DNA of 64,000 bases from positions 918,508 through 982,507 of the forward strand of contig OY970314.1 of assembly GCA_963716475.1 (NCBI GenBank). Direction: 5' to 3'. Source of the stretch: Candidatus Woesebacteria bacterium (GTDB lineage Bacteria > Patescibacteriota > Microgenomatia > UBA8517). Each line of letters starts with the position of its first letter. Position 1 is the first letter of the stretch. The notes below the pieces were generated by a model. The model did not search any database. It saw only the letters and a program-made list of their open reading frames with translations, and had not been told where the DNA came from. Below, in pieces: positions 46,711-56,353 of the stretch. The translations under genes and the position numbers were made by a program.

Positions 46711-48300
46711 TTGAAGCTATTCTTTGAGGTACCAATGGGAAATCTTAATCAAAACGGATCCGATTTCGTGCGTGGGGTAAATTTTGCCCTCGAAAAGACC
46801 GACAGCAGCGAGGAAACGATAAAAACCTCGACCGCAGCCTCGACTTTGGCTGTTGTTTATGAGGCTGCGAGGAATGCGGTTGAATTTAGATCTGATCACT
46901 TGATCCGGCAGGCTGCAATTGTCAGGATCTTGCGGAGGCGGCTTTTTTTGGGGCAAAAGAGCGAAAGGCTTGCTCCGCTTCTAATCCGGGAACTTATTTG
47001 GGCAAGGTATTTGAAGGATGACTTTGTAGGAGTCAGCAAAATAGACGACATTGAGGAAGTCATAAATAAGTACAAAATGGCTTTTTCGCTGACCAGTGAT
47101 AAATTACTGAGCGAGTGGCTGCTGGAACTGGCCGGATGCGAGATAGAAGAAAGTTTGGTTTTCAACCCCTATCCGCAGCTTCTTATTAATTTCGTTTCGG
47201 GGAGCATGCAATCCAGAATAAAAATTTTCGGTGAAGAGGACGATAGGGTCAGGGATATTCAGGTTTATATTGCAACCGAGCGGGTATTTGCCAAAAACAG
47301 TGAGATTTTTATTACATACCACCTTCTAAAAGCGATGCTTCCCGACTGGTTTGGCAAAAAGGCAGATGAAGCTGCCAGGATTTTTCCGGTTCTTTTATCC
47401 ACGAAAAGAGAAATAGACCACGATTTACAGTACCCTCTTGGACCTGATGTAAAAAGGGAGATAACCAAATATACCGCTCCCTTTAATGTAATCCGCGAAA
47501 TGGTTATAAGAAGCCCCGAAAACTTTGAAGAAAGTGTGGCCGATAGGGAAGCGTTCAATGAGCTTGCGGAAGAAACTTTGGAGGAGCTTTACAAAGAGAA
47601 TAGGGGACGTCTTATGAGAGCTTCAACCAGAAGTATAATTTATATTTTCTTAACAAAAATGGTTTTCGGGCTGGCACTTGAGTTGCCTTTTGACATATTT
47701 GTCGGAACGACTAATTACGTCGCTCTTGTTATCAATCTGATTTTTCCTCCTTCTTTAATGTTTTTACTGAACGCAGGAATAAGAGTCCCGGGCAGAGAAA
47801 ATACCAGGAGAATTTTGGAAAAAGTTGACGAGTATCTTTATGATGAGAGTGTACCAAGAGTTTTCGAGGTGGGGAAAAGGCAGAGGGCGAAAAGTGTATT
47901 CGAGAGGATTTTCCTCGGGATTTACAGCATTCTTTTTGTGGGAGTCTTTGTATTTATTGTCTGGGGACTGAACCTTTTGCATTTTAACCCTGTCAGCCAG
48001 GCTATTTTCCTCTTCTTCCTTTGTGTAGTTTCTTTTTTTGCGTTCAGGGTAAAAAGCATTTCCCGGGATTATGTCTATCAGGAGGAAAGAATCGGTTTTT
48101 TTGCATCTCTCGTTGATTTTCTGTTTTTACCGGTAGTCAGAGTCGGGCAGTGGCTTTCGGTTCAAATTTCAAAATTGAACGTACTTGGCTTTATATTTGA
48201 TTTTATAATTGAGGCACCTCTTAAAGCCTTCCTGGAGGTAATAGAGGAATGGGTACGGTTTGTGAGAAGTAAGAAAGAGGAGATCTTCACACAGAGTTAA
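46711..48300 (+). CDS. Hypothetical membrane protein (soluble N-terminal ~300 aa and at least four C-terminal TM segments)
   Basis: ORF and hydrophobicity only. Confidence 0.45.
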   Translation: MKLFFEVPMGNLNQNGSDFVRGVNFALEKTDSSEETIKTSTAASTLAVVYEAARNAVEFRSDHLIRQAAIVRILRRRLFLGQKSERLAPLLIRELIWARYLKDDFVGVSKIDDIEEVINKYKMAFSLTSDKLLSEWLLELAGCEIEESLVFNPYPQLLINFVSGSMQSRIKIFGEEDDRVRDIQVYIATERVFAKNSEIFITYHLLKAMLPDWFGKKADEAARIFPVLLSTKREIDHDLQYPLGPDVKREITKYTAPFNVIREMVIRSPENFEESVADREAFNELAEETLEELYKENRGRLMRASTRSIIYIFLTKMVFGLALELPFDIFVGTTNYVALVINLIFPPSLMFLLNAGIRVPGRENTRRILEKVDEYLYDESVPRVFEVGKRQRAKSVFERIFLGIYSILFVGVFVFIVWGLNLLHFNPVSQAIFLFFLCVVSFFAFRVKSISRDYVYQEERIGFFASLVDFLFLPVVRVGQWLSVQISKLNVLGFIFDFIIEAPLKAFLEVIEEWVRFVRSKKEEIFTQS

Positions 48301-48572
48301 TATTATTTATTTTTCCGATATTCCAACCTTTTGTCTAATTGCCGCCATAATCAGATCTGTTTCCTCCTCGGCAACTGCATGAAATTCAGCAGAATGATTT
48401 GGATTTTTCGCTAGTTCACTTGCGGCATGCAGAAAACGATGATAAAAAGACTCCTCTGCCGGTAAATTGGTTCTTTCTGTTGTCATTTTTCTATTGTGAC
48501 CCCATTGGGACTCGTGTGCAAAGGATACTACCCGAGCGCTTTGAGTCACAAGGGGGAACGAGCGAAGTGAAG

Positions 48573-48645
48573 TGACCCCATTGGGACTCGAACCCAAGTT
48601 AGAAGGCTGAAAACCTCCTGTCCTAGACCGCTAGACGATGGGGCC
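48573..48645 (-). tRNA. tRNA-Glu, anticodon UUC
   Basis: The reverse complement folds as GGCCCCA...anticodon loop TTTTCAG...TTGGG-TTCGAGT-CCCAA...TGGGGTC. Confidence 0.8.
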
Positions 48646-48656
48646 AAGAAAATGTG

Positions 48657-48728
48657 TGAGCCCGCTGGGACTCGAACCCAGAACCGCTTCCTTAAAAGGG
48701 AATTGCTCTACCATTGAGCTACGGGCCC
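48657..48728 (-). tRNA. tRNA-Lys, anticodon UUU
   Basis: The reverse complement folds as GGGCCCG-TA-GCTC-AATGGTA-GAGC, anticodon loop CTTTTAA, CTGGG-TTCGAGT-CCCAG. Confidence 0.85.
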
Positions 48729-48772
48729 TTGAGCTGCTGCGAAAGGACCGTGGCTAAATGGCCAAGATTTTT

Positions 48773-48797
48773 CTTACCATTGAGCTACGGGCCCGCG
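48773..48797 (-). pseudogene. Fragment duplicating the 5' acceptor and D-arm of tRNA-Lys
   Basis: cttaccattgagctacgggcccgcg closely matches 48707-48728 (mismatches at both ends), with no remaining tRNA body. Confidence 0.4.
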
Positions 48798-48934
48798 TAA
48801 GCTCATATTTTACTCGTTTAGCTGTAATTCCTCAAGCTTATTTGGTAAAATACACGTGTTAGGTAAATATTGGGGAGTCGTCCCTGCCCGCATTGCTACG
48901 CAAAGCGTTGCAGGCGGGTAATGGTTTTTTATAA

Positions 48935-48981
48935 TGGGGGATCGTCTAACGGTAAGGAAACCTTGGCCGTTAGCCTCCCAA
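48935..48981 (+). pseudogene. tRNA-Gln 5' fragment / mini tRNA-like element
   Basis: The first 20 nt are identical to tRNA-Gln 48999-49018. It then diverges into a hairpin (aacgg...ccgtt) and a CCTCCCA acceptor-like 3' end. Confidence 0.4.
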
Positions 48982-48998
48982 TTTGTAGTTTGATATTT

Positions 48999-49069
48999 TG
49001 GGGGATCGTCTAACGGTAGGACAGCAGCCTTTGGAGCTGTTTACTCAGGTTCGAATCCTGGTCCCCCAG
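48999..49069 (+). tRNA. tRNA-Gln, anticodon UUG
   Basis: U1-A72 acceptor TGGGGGA/TCCCCCA, anticodon loop CTTTGGA, T-arm TCAGG-TTCGAAT-CCTGG. Confidence 0.85.
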
Positions 49070-49083
49070 CTCGTATGACTCGC
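49067..49083 (+). repeat. att-like direct repeat, left copy, overlapping the tRNA-Gln 3' end
   Basis: cagctcgtatgactcgc, versus 50120-50136 cagctcgaatgactcgc (16/17). Confidence 0.5.
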
Positions 49084-49132
49084 CGGGTTTCCAGTCTTCG
49101 AAGCACGAAATATTGAAGGGTATTATGTGCGG

Positions 49133-49152
49133 CGAATCCTGGTCCTCCAGCT
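49133..49152 (+). repeat. Duplicated tRNA-Gln 3'-end fragment
   Basis: cgaatcctggtcctccagct versus tRNA 49052-49071 cgaatcctggtcccccagct (19/20). Confidence 0.5.
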
Positions 49153-49159
49153 AAAATAA

Positions 49160-49615
49160 ATGAACAAAATTAAAGAAATCTTTGAATCGAAAATCGGCAA
49201 TATTATTTTTGTAGGAAGTGCATTAATTTTTAATTTAGCAGTAAGTGGCGTGTACATCACATCAAAAATTGGTAACCAAGCTTTTTTAAAGATTTTCGGC
49301 GCATTTGTCGTTTTTTTAATAATCCCGTTTACCATTTCCCTGATAAGATATATAAAGGCAAAGGCGAAAAAAAAGATAATTATCTCACATATTATTATCC
49401 TTCTTTATCTCCTTCTGGAAGTGTTATTAGACTATGTTTTAAAAATTCCATTCAGAGAAATATTAGTAATTCATGTGCCTTATATTATTGTCTTTTACGC
49501 TGCTACATTTAGTATGATTGGTGTCTCCCGCACCATTAGTAAAAAGGCGGGGATGTTGGTTATATCGACATTTTTAGTATTGATAGGCTGCCTGATTTAT
49601 AACCTTCTCGGTTAA
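49160..49615 (+). CDS. Hypothetical membrane protein (4-5 TM segments) inside the att-flanked insert
   Basis: ORF and hydrophobicity. Confidence 0.45.
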   Translation: MNKIKEIFESKIGNIIFVGSALIFNLAVSGVYITSKIGNQAFLKIFGAFVVFLIIPFTISLIRYIKAKAKKKIIISHIIILLYLLLEVLLDYVLKIPFREILVIHVPYIIVFYAATFSMIGVSRTISKKAGMLVISTFLVLIGCLIYNLLG

Positions 49616-49817
49616 ATTACGAACACAAAAGTCATGTAAGGCATTGGTTATAAAATAGGTCCGAAGTCTGTCCACGGTTCGCAGCCCACTTCGTTCGTTG
49701 TGTCATCAGGATTTGAAGTACATCGGGTATTTCATACTTTGCACACGAATCCCAGCTCCCCAGCATTAGGTTGCTGTTGGAGTATAATCTCTGAGCGAAA
49801 GGAAAGTTTATAAAAAT

Positions 49818-50081
49818 ATGCCAATTTCAATTGATGGCGATGGAATGTGGGTTGGTGACGGTCATGGTGGAATGAAGCTCGTTCAACCAACAGTAACCCA
49901 CATAGAACTTGAAGTTCCCGGCAGGGAACATATCGTTATTGATGATCCAAACGGAATAAATATAGAAAAAGATTCGGAAACTGGTATGCCGATTGTTCAC
50001 GCCGAATCAATAACTATTGCTTCTGAGGCAAAACCAAAAAACATTTGGCAACGATTGTTTAGGCATAAAGAAAGAGAATAG
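49818..50081 (+). CDS. Hypothetical small protein inside the att-flanked insert
   Basis: ORF only. Confidence 0.35.
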   Translation: MPISIDGDGMWVGDGHGGMKLVQPTVTHIELEVPGREHIVIDDPNGINIEKDSETGMPIVHAESITIASEAKPKNIWQRLFRHKERE

Positions 50082-50119
50082 TATTGTCATGGGATCGTAA
50101 GGTTCTAGACCGTGATGCT

Positions 50120-50136
50120 CAGCTCGAATGACTCGC
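50120..50136 (+). repeat. att-like direct repeat, right copy
   Basis: See 49067-49083. Confidence 0.5.
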
Positions 50137-50163
50137 TTTGTTACCTGTCTTTCAATAGACCTC

Positions 50164-51999
50164 TTAATGTAGAGAATAAAGGTAAACAGTCTTTCCGTCC
50201 GGAAGAAGGTATGTTTTTTCTATTTGGGCATAAGGGTGGATATTTAAATCCGGCGGCTTAATTACTTTAAAAGAACAACCCCATTCGCAGTAAATTTTAG
50301 CAGGTCCCGTGATTTGGTTCTCGTCTGTTATAGGACCCTGGTCATTTATTTGTATGTCACTTACCGTTTGCAGAATTTCACTGTCCTTGACATAACAAGT
50401 GGTTTTCTTGGGGGCCGGAGATGCTTGAAAGGCATTACAGGCAACCCTGGTATCATGCAAAACAAATTCTCTTAATTGGATTAAAGCCTCCTTATTTCGA
50501 AGAAATTCTGTACCGACGTCGATGGGAGACATCAGAATGTAATCGTCATACTGAAGATATTTTGCAATTGCCGCATCATTCGGGAAGGTGTCACTTTGAA
50601 AGCTGGACCTGAGAAAATATATATCGGGAGTATTAAGATAAATATTACTCATAAGCCCCCGGTATTGTCTGGCATATAAGTATAGCTGTAGGGTAGCGGG
50701 GCTAAGATGTTCGTCTTCAATTGCAACCTGTACACCGATATCTTTCCCATTGGAAAGGCTCTCCATGTCGTCCAAAACGGAACTAACTGACCAGTCGCTT
50801 TCGTCATACTTTTTGGCTAATCGGTCATTTAGGTCAACAACATCAGTGCGGCCAAAGCGATGCCAATCAATAGATATATATGTTCCCTCCAAGCTTAACG
50901 GCCTGATGGTCAATAACAAATAATAAACAACCGACATAAGAATTAAACAAAACGTGAGACCATTGGCCAGTAATTTGAATCTGGTGCCTATTTTTTCCAA
51001 AACCGAGGTGATCACTAAAGCAACAAAGGGGAGGTAGGCCATGGTGTAACGCGAATCTTTATTACTAATGAGGGAAAAAATAATATAATTGCCGATAATC
51101 ATGAGTAATATGAACCATTTTCTCGGATTTTTTTGAAATATGAAAAACGGGAGACTTATGAAAAAAGACATAGCAACCCAAAAATTAGCCTGGAAGTTGA
51201 AAAGTTGATAAAAATAGAGGCTGAGACTTTGAAAACTTAAAACATTTGATGGTTTGGCACCTGCTTCTCCTATTATGTTAATCCTTGATTGAAACAAAAG
51301 ACTTTGGAAATTGACAAGATACCATGGCAGAATAACTACCAGGAACAGCACGATCCCGATTGCAAGATTAATCCATATTTTCCCAAACTCTTTCTTTTCC
51401 AATATTAAAATAAACGTAAAAATGGCCGGAACGACCAGGAACAACATTCCCGTCCATTTGGTCATCATCAAGAGCCCTGAGCTAATAAAAAAGTAAGTTG
51501 TATATCCACGCCTTGTCCAATTTTCTGATTTTTCTAGGAAATATAAGGCTAGAAAAAGGACTCCTACGGTCGGGATATCAAGCATAAGCCATCTGGAAGC
51601 GTTGAAGACTACGGGGAAAAAGGAAAATATGGCAGTTGTGACAAAACTTGTTTTTTTATTTCCGGTGATAAGAAATATGTATCTGTAAATAAAAACCAGT
51701 GTTAAGAGAAAAATCAAAGTAGCGGTTATCTGGGTCAGTTTTGGCAGAGGTCCGAAGAGTAGAATGGGAATCGAAGCCAGGGTGTGAATAAAAATAGGAT
51801 AGTAATTTGAAGCTCCAAAAATACTTAAAAAGTGACCATTCCTGAGAGCATCGGCTATACGCAGAACTATAGTAGAATGGGCTGCCTGATCCCAGGGAAA
51901 GGGGGCATTATTCAGGTAAATCCAAATACTGTTCCAAAACAGATGAAACGATAAAAGCCCGGCCAGCCATTTATCCCAAGGGGATGTCTTTCTTAACAT
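50164..51999 (-). CDS. Polytopic membrane glycosyltransferase, GT39/GT83 (PMT/ArnT-like)
   Basis: At least 10 TM helices, a first-loop acidic motif (PWDQAAHS), and a soluble C-terminal domain. Confidence 0.5.
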   Translation of the reverse strand: MLRKTSPWDKWLAGLLSFHLFWNSIWIYLNNAPFPWDQAAHSTIVLRIADALRNGHFLSIFGASNYYPIFIHTLASIPILLFGPLPKLTQITATLIFLLTLVFIYRYIFLITGNKKTSFVTTAIFSFFPVVFNASRWLMLDIPTVGVLFLALYFLEKSENWTRRGYTTYFFISSGLLMMTKWTGMLFLVVPAIFTFILILEKKEFGKIWINLAIGIVLFLVVILPWYLVNFQSLLFQSRINIIGEAGAKPSNVLSFQSLSLYFYQLFNFQANFWVAMSFFISLPFFIFQKNPRKWFILLMIIGNYIIFSLISNKDSRYTMAYLPFVALVITSVLEKIGTRFKLLANGLTFCLILMSVVYYLLLTIRPLSLEGTYISIDWHRFGRTDVVDLNDRLAKKYDESDWSVSSVLDDMESLSNGKDIGVQVAIEDEHLSPATLQLYLYARQYRGLMSNIYLNTPDIYFLRSSFQSDTFPNDAAIAKYLQYDDYILMSPIDVGTEFLRNKEALIQLREFVLHDTRVACNAFQASPAPKKTTCYVKDSEILQTVSDIQINDQGPITDENQITGPAKIYCEWGCSFKVIKPPDLNIHPYAQIEKTYLLPDGKTVYLYSLH

Positions 52000-52002
52000 A
52001 TC

Positions 52003-52602
52003 TCAAATCTTCCTGAGAAGGTTTTTTGAAAACCGCTTTACAAAATAGTTAACAGCTATGATAAGAAGGGTAAGGGCGAAAATTCCCAAAATAGTAAGAT
52101 TGACGTACTTGTTGTAATTGTTGATTGTGCTCCCAAGTAGATATCCGACCATGATAAATATCAAAGATTTGGGAACGGTGGCAAGAAAATTGTACCAGAT
52201 GAACTCAGGAAGGGGGATTTTAGCATGACCCGCGGCCATTAAGATTGGCACCCCGAATATATGGGACAGTTTTCCAAGAAACAGCACTTTGCCTTTATTT
52301 GTTCTTAAGTCTCCCTCCAGTTTGTCAATTATTTTTGGATTTACTTTAAAAAGGTTTGTCAATTTTGTTAGTGCTGACGTAAGCCACCATCTGCCGAGGG
52401 AGTAATAAAAGACATCTCCGGTAAGATCTGCCACAACGATGGTCAGAAATGTTGGAATCAGGCTGAAAACCCCGACTGATGACAAAAAACCGGCGATTAC
52501 GGTTACAACGGGACCTTCGAGAACGACCAGGGGAAAGAGAATAAAATCTCCGTAGGCGTTAAGCAGGATGAATATCTCCCGGATTACGTGGTTTGAGTGC
52601 AT
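52003..52602 (-). CDS. DedA/TVP38 family membrane protein
   Basis: Characteristic EGPVVTVIAGFL...G pattern. Confidence 0.7.
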   Translation of the reverse strand: MHSNHVIREIFILLNAYGDFILFPLVVLEGPVVTVIAGFLSSVGVFSLIPTFLTIVVADLTGDVFYYSLGRWWLTSALTKLTNLFKVNPKIIDKLEGDLRTNKGKVLFLGKLSHIFGVPILMAAGHAKIPLPEFIWYNFLATVPKSLIFIMVGYLLGSTINNYNKYVNLTILGIFALTLLIIAVNYFVKRFSKNLLRKI

Positions 52603-52657
52603 GGCCAGGTAAATTATATCAGCATTTAATGTATAATTTTTATAGAGCCATCCTCAA

Positions 52658-53809
52658 ATGAATATTCTCTTTGTAACCGAAACCTATCTTCCTTTTATTG
52701 CCGGAGTTTCTTCTTCTTCCGATTCTATTGCCCGCTACATGGTATCCCGGGGACACAGGGTCGTCCTGGTTAATCCCAGACCGGTAATTGATAAGAAAGT
52801 TGAAGTACCGCCCAATTTGGAGCTTATCTACACTCCTTCAATCCCGGACCTTTTTTATAGAGGTAAACCCCAGACAATTTTTCCCCTGGGGATGCCGGTA
52901 ATTAATAAAATTATCCGGGAAAATAAATTTGACGTTATCCATATTCAGGAACCCGGATCTTTGGGAGTAAGCGCCCTAATTCTTTCCAAGATTTATAGAA
53001 TTCCGACTGTAGGAATGCTTCATTTCACCCCTGAGCAGGTCGGAAGAATGCTTCCGGGTAAGCCAGAATTTTTGGCAAAACCGGTAATGGAGGCCTACAT
53101 TAAATTTATTTACAATAAATACACAGCAATAGCCGTTCCGACGCAGACATTTGTGGACTTTCTTAAGTCTGTCGGGGTGACTAAACCCATTGAGGTAGTT
53201 TCAAACGGAGTAGATACAAACATATTTCACCGGGGAGTTATGAATATGAAGCTTCGGGAGGAGTATGGTATTTCCGAAAATGATGTGGTATTTTTCTTCC
53301 TGGGACGTCTCGATGGCGATAAAAACGCTGCTACCTTGGTCAAAGCCATGCCATTTGCAGACAGTAATGTCAAACTGGTGATCGTGGGGAACGGGAAACT
53401 TAAAGTAAGTCTGCACAAGCTTGCCGAAGATTTAGGGGTGTCGGGGAAAATCATTTGGCTGGAACACATAACCGATGCCGAGATGCCGAATTTTTACCAC
53501 TTGGCGGATGTATTTACGATAGTTTCACCCTATGAAGTCCAGAGCATAGTTACTTTGCAGGCAATAGCTTCCGGCCTACCCGTAATCTGTGCGGATAGAG
53601 GAGCCCTTCCCGAGCTTTGTCATGATAGAGCCAACGGATTTCTGGTTGATGCTTATGATGCAAAAACTCTTGCCGGCAGAATGAATATTCTGGCAAAAGA
53701 TAAAAATTTGAGAGCGAAGTTTGGGGAAGAGAGTAGAAAAATAAGCTTGGCACACCACAAACCGGACGTTCTGCATAAACTGGAGCTTTTATACGAAAAA
53801 GTGAAGTAA
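52658..53809 (+). CDS. Glycosyltransferase family 4
   Basis: MNILFVTETYLP...GVSS, plus the C-terminal GT4 fold. Confidence 0.75.
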   Translation: MNILFVTETYLPFIAGVSSSSDSIARYMVSRGHRVVLVNPRPVIDKKVEVPPNLELIYTPSIPDLFYRGKPQTIFPLGMPVINKIIRENKFDVIHIQEPGSLGVSALILSKIYRIPTVGMLHFTPEQVGRMLPGKPEFLAKPVMEAYIKFIYNKYTAIAVPTQTFVDFLKSVGVTKPIEVVSNGVDTNIFHRGVMNMKLREEYGISENDVVFFFLGRLDGDKNAATLVKAMPFADSNVKLVIVGNGKLKVSLHKLAEDLGVSGKIIWLEHITDAEMPNFYHLADVFTIVSPYEVQSIVTLQAIASGLPVICADRGALPELCHDRANGFLVDAYDAKTLAGRMNILAKDKNLRAKFGEESRKISLAHHKPDVLHKLELLYEKVK

Positions 53810-53849
53810 AGTCTTGCGTTTTGAGTGGAAATGGTGTAACAATATCATC

Positions 53850-54290
53850 ATGCCAAAAAGGGTAACAAGCTTAATTGTCGGGGGTGTGGCCGTAGTTGCA
53901 GTTTTGATTTTGGTTTACTTTTTTGTTACCAAAGGCTATTCGGGAAGGGGAATTAATCTGAATCCGACTGCACAGAATCCGACCTCCGGCGGTGCCTCGG
54001 AAATTGTAAATCAGGAAACGGGAGCCGTTACGTCCAATAATATTTCCTTAACAATAACTTCTCCTGTGAATGGTGGCACACTTGCTTCGACGGACGCGAC
54101 GGTGAAAGGCAAAACCGCCCCCGGCGCTGACGTATTTGTTAATGACCAGTCGGGGAAAGCCGATGCAAACGGCAATTTTTCGATCAGCCTCGGGCTTGAT
54201 GAGGGAATCAATCAAATCGTGGTTTCGGCAAACGACGCGGATGGCAATGCAGCTCAGCAAAATCTCAGCGTTACGGTAGTATCGTTCTAG
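53850..54290 (+). CDS. Membrane-anchored Ig-like/beta-sandwich surface protein
   Basis: N-terminal TM, then a Thr/Asn/Gly-rich beta domain. Confidence 0.4.
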   Translation: MPKRVTSLIVGGVAVVAVLILVYFFVTKGYSGRGINLNPTAQNPTSGGASEIVNQETGAVTSNNISLTITSPVNGGTLASTDATVKGKTAPGADVFVNDQSGKADANGNFSISLGLDEGINQIVVSANDADGNAAQQNLSVTVVSF

Positions 54291-54294
54291 TCAA

Positions 54295-54993
54295 ATGAAA
54301 AACAGTAAATTCATAAACTTATTTGTGGCGGGACTATTCATCATGCCGGTAGTCAGCTTGCAAAGGAATATAAATCCGAACTTGATAATAGCAAGTCCGA
54401 TACCGACAGCTACTCCATCGATTAAACTAATTAATCCCGGCCTTATCAAGAAAATTGTCCCGGTTGAACTTATATTTACCAACAAGCGCGGCCAGCTGGA
54501 GAATGTCAAAGTAACCGCTAAAGACGCCACAAGCATTACGGTTGATAACGGGGGAACGAGTGTAAAAGTTGACATTAATACAAACACTCATTTTAGAAGG
54601 AGGTTCTGGGGTAAAAGCACCCTGGCCGAGATCTCGATCGGGGACAGCGTCGATGTGGTCGGAAGGTGGACCAACGAAGCTAAAACTGAGATAAATGCAG
54701 TGGTAATCAGAGATCTTTCGATTCAGAAAAGATTTGGAGTATTTTTTGGCACAGTTAAGACGATTACAGATACGGGGTTTGTGATGACAACAATTCAAAG
54801 GGGAGAGGAAACCGTTGCTCTCGGATCTGCTAAGCTTATCAGCAGAAAGGAACAGACAATTACGGCATCCGACATTCAGATCGGGCACCGCATAAGGGTA
54901 AGAGGGCTTTGGGATAGCACAAACTTTACAGTAACCGAGGTTACGGAAGTTAAAGATTTCAGCATTCCCGTGATGCCTACGGCAACCCCATAA
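54295..54993 (+). CDS. Secreted hypothetical protein with a signal peptide
   Basis: N-terminal signal sequence. Repeated beta-rich modules. Confidence 0.45.
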   Translation: MKNSKFINLFVAGLFIMPVVSLQRNINPNLIIASPIPTATPSIKLINPGLIKKIVPVELIFTNKRGQLENVKVTAKDATSITVDNGGTSVKVDINTNTHFRRRFWGKSTLAEISIGDSVDVVGRWTNEAKTEINAVVIRDLSIQKRFGVFFGTVKTITDTGFVMTTIQRGEETVALGSAKLISRKEQTITASDIQIGHRIRVRGLWDSTNFTVTEVTEVKDFSIPVMPTATP

Positions 54994-54995
54994 GA

Positions 54996-55245
54996 CTACT
55001 TCTCAGTTGCACAAGAAGCCTACTCAATACTTCTTTGCTTGTCCAAAGATAGCTTGTCTATTTCTTGCTTGTCCAAGAAATAGACGAAAGAAGGACCCGC
55101 CGAAAGAATTTGATAGCAACCCGCTTCGTTCATACCATGCAAAAGAACTCCCGGCGTATACACTTGGTCGGACTACTTTTGCATTCAGAGGAATTCACTC
55201 AGCTTGCTGAAATCAAATTCTTTAAGGCGTTTGGGGAAACAGGAT
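54996..55245. repeat. Structured intergenic repeat, type 1, copy C
   Basis: Hairpins aatacttcttt/aaagat and gtctatttcttg/caagaaatagac, plus the conserved core. Confidence 0.8.
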
Positions 55246-55257
55246 ACAATGTTGATT

Positions 55258-56070
55258 CTAAACGTTGGAGGCTGTTTTAATAGCCCGAATAGCCACGAAG
55301 AGAGGAATTTCGGAACGGGACCTGTTTTCCATTCTGGCGGCCCGGCCTTCAGACTCCTTATCGCTTGTCCATTCCTCGATTAGATCTATGGAAAACCCCG
55401 CATCCTTTAACATTTTGGAGTAAGCGGAAAGGGGGTGGTGATAACTCATGGTGATGGGGGAGTTCCTGTCGCTTGGATTCATGTTTATAGGAATTTGCAT
55501 GGGACTCATATATTTATCGACTCTTCTATATTGGATTTTCCTTCCCTCATCAATTCCCCAGGAGGATTGACGAGGAATTCTGAAGGCCGGATGATTTAAA
55601 ACTATCACCAGAGTACCCCCTTTTGTGAGATGTTGCGATACATTATGTATTACATTGATAGGATCTTGTATATTCTGGAGGGCGAGAATAATCGCCGAAT
55701 GGCTAAAGTCTGACGGAACATCCAGGTGTTTGGTAATATCTGCAATTAAATACTTATGACTCCGGTTTCTGTCGGTACTTTTTGCTTCATTGATAAGAGA
55801 CGGGGCACTATCGATTCCCAAATAACCAACGTTATCGGGAATTGCTTTTGCCAGGACTCCATTGCCGCAGGCAAGATCCAAAAGAGTTGAATCCAGAGAC
55901 AGAGACAGCAGATTTAAAACTCCCGGAATGACTACATGCTGGTGGTAATAGTGGCCCTGCCCGCGCTCTGTAATCCGATTGTACCAGGGGGCCACTTTTT
56001 GCCAGGAATTGCCTCTGAATTTTTGTTTCATACGCCTATTATATATGAAAAGTAGGTTATTCCTTTCCAA
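55258..56070 (-). CDS. Class I SAM-dependent methyltransferase
   Basis: Motif I LDLACGNG and the downstream GIDSAP. Confidence 0.75.
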   Translation of the reverse strand: MERNNLLFIYNRRMKQKFRGNSWQKVAPWYNRITERGQGHYYHQHVVIPGVLNLLSLSLDSTLLDLACGNGVLAKAIPDNVGYLGIDSAPSLINEAKSTDRNRSHKYLIADITKHLDVPSDFSHSAIILALQNIQDPINVIHNVSQHLTKGGTLVIVLNHPAFRIPRQSSWGIDEGRKIQYRRVDKYMSPMQIPINMNPSDRNSPITMSYHHPLSAYSKMLKDAGFSIDLIEEWTSDKESEGRAARMENRSRSEIPLFVAIRAIKTASNV

Positions 56071-56077
56071 AACTTGA

Positions 56078-56290
56078 TTTCAGTACTTCTTTTCTCACCT
56101 AAAGAATGCCAGTCTATTTCTTGCTTGCCCAAGAAATAGATGAAAGAAGGGCCCGCCGAAAGAATTTGATGGCAACTCGTTTCGTTCATATCATGCAAAA
56201 GAACTCCCGGCGTATACACTTGGTCGGACTGCTTTTGCTTCCAGTGGAATTCACTTAACTCATTGAAATCAAATTCTTTAAGGCGATTTA
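56078..56290. repeat. Structured intergenic repeat, type 1, copy D
   Basis: Near-identical to copy A. Confidence 0.8.
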
Positions 56291-56353
56291 GGGACAAACG
56301 AGGATAAAAATTATGACGGTTTAAGTGGGGTAGAATCGTAATATAATAGTTTT

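Noticed and set aside
48307-48597. 96-aa minus-strand ORF
   Set aside because: Its 5' third overlaps tRNA-Glu (48573-48645). At most the 59-aa portion from 48486 could be real, and there is no supporting motif.
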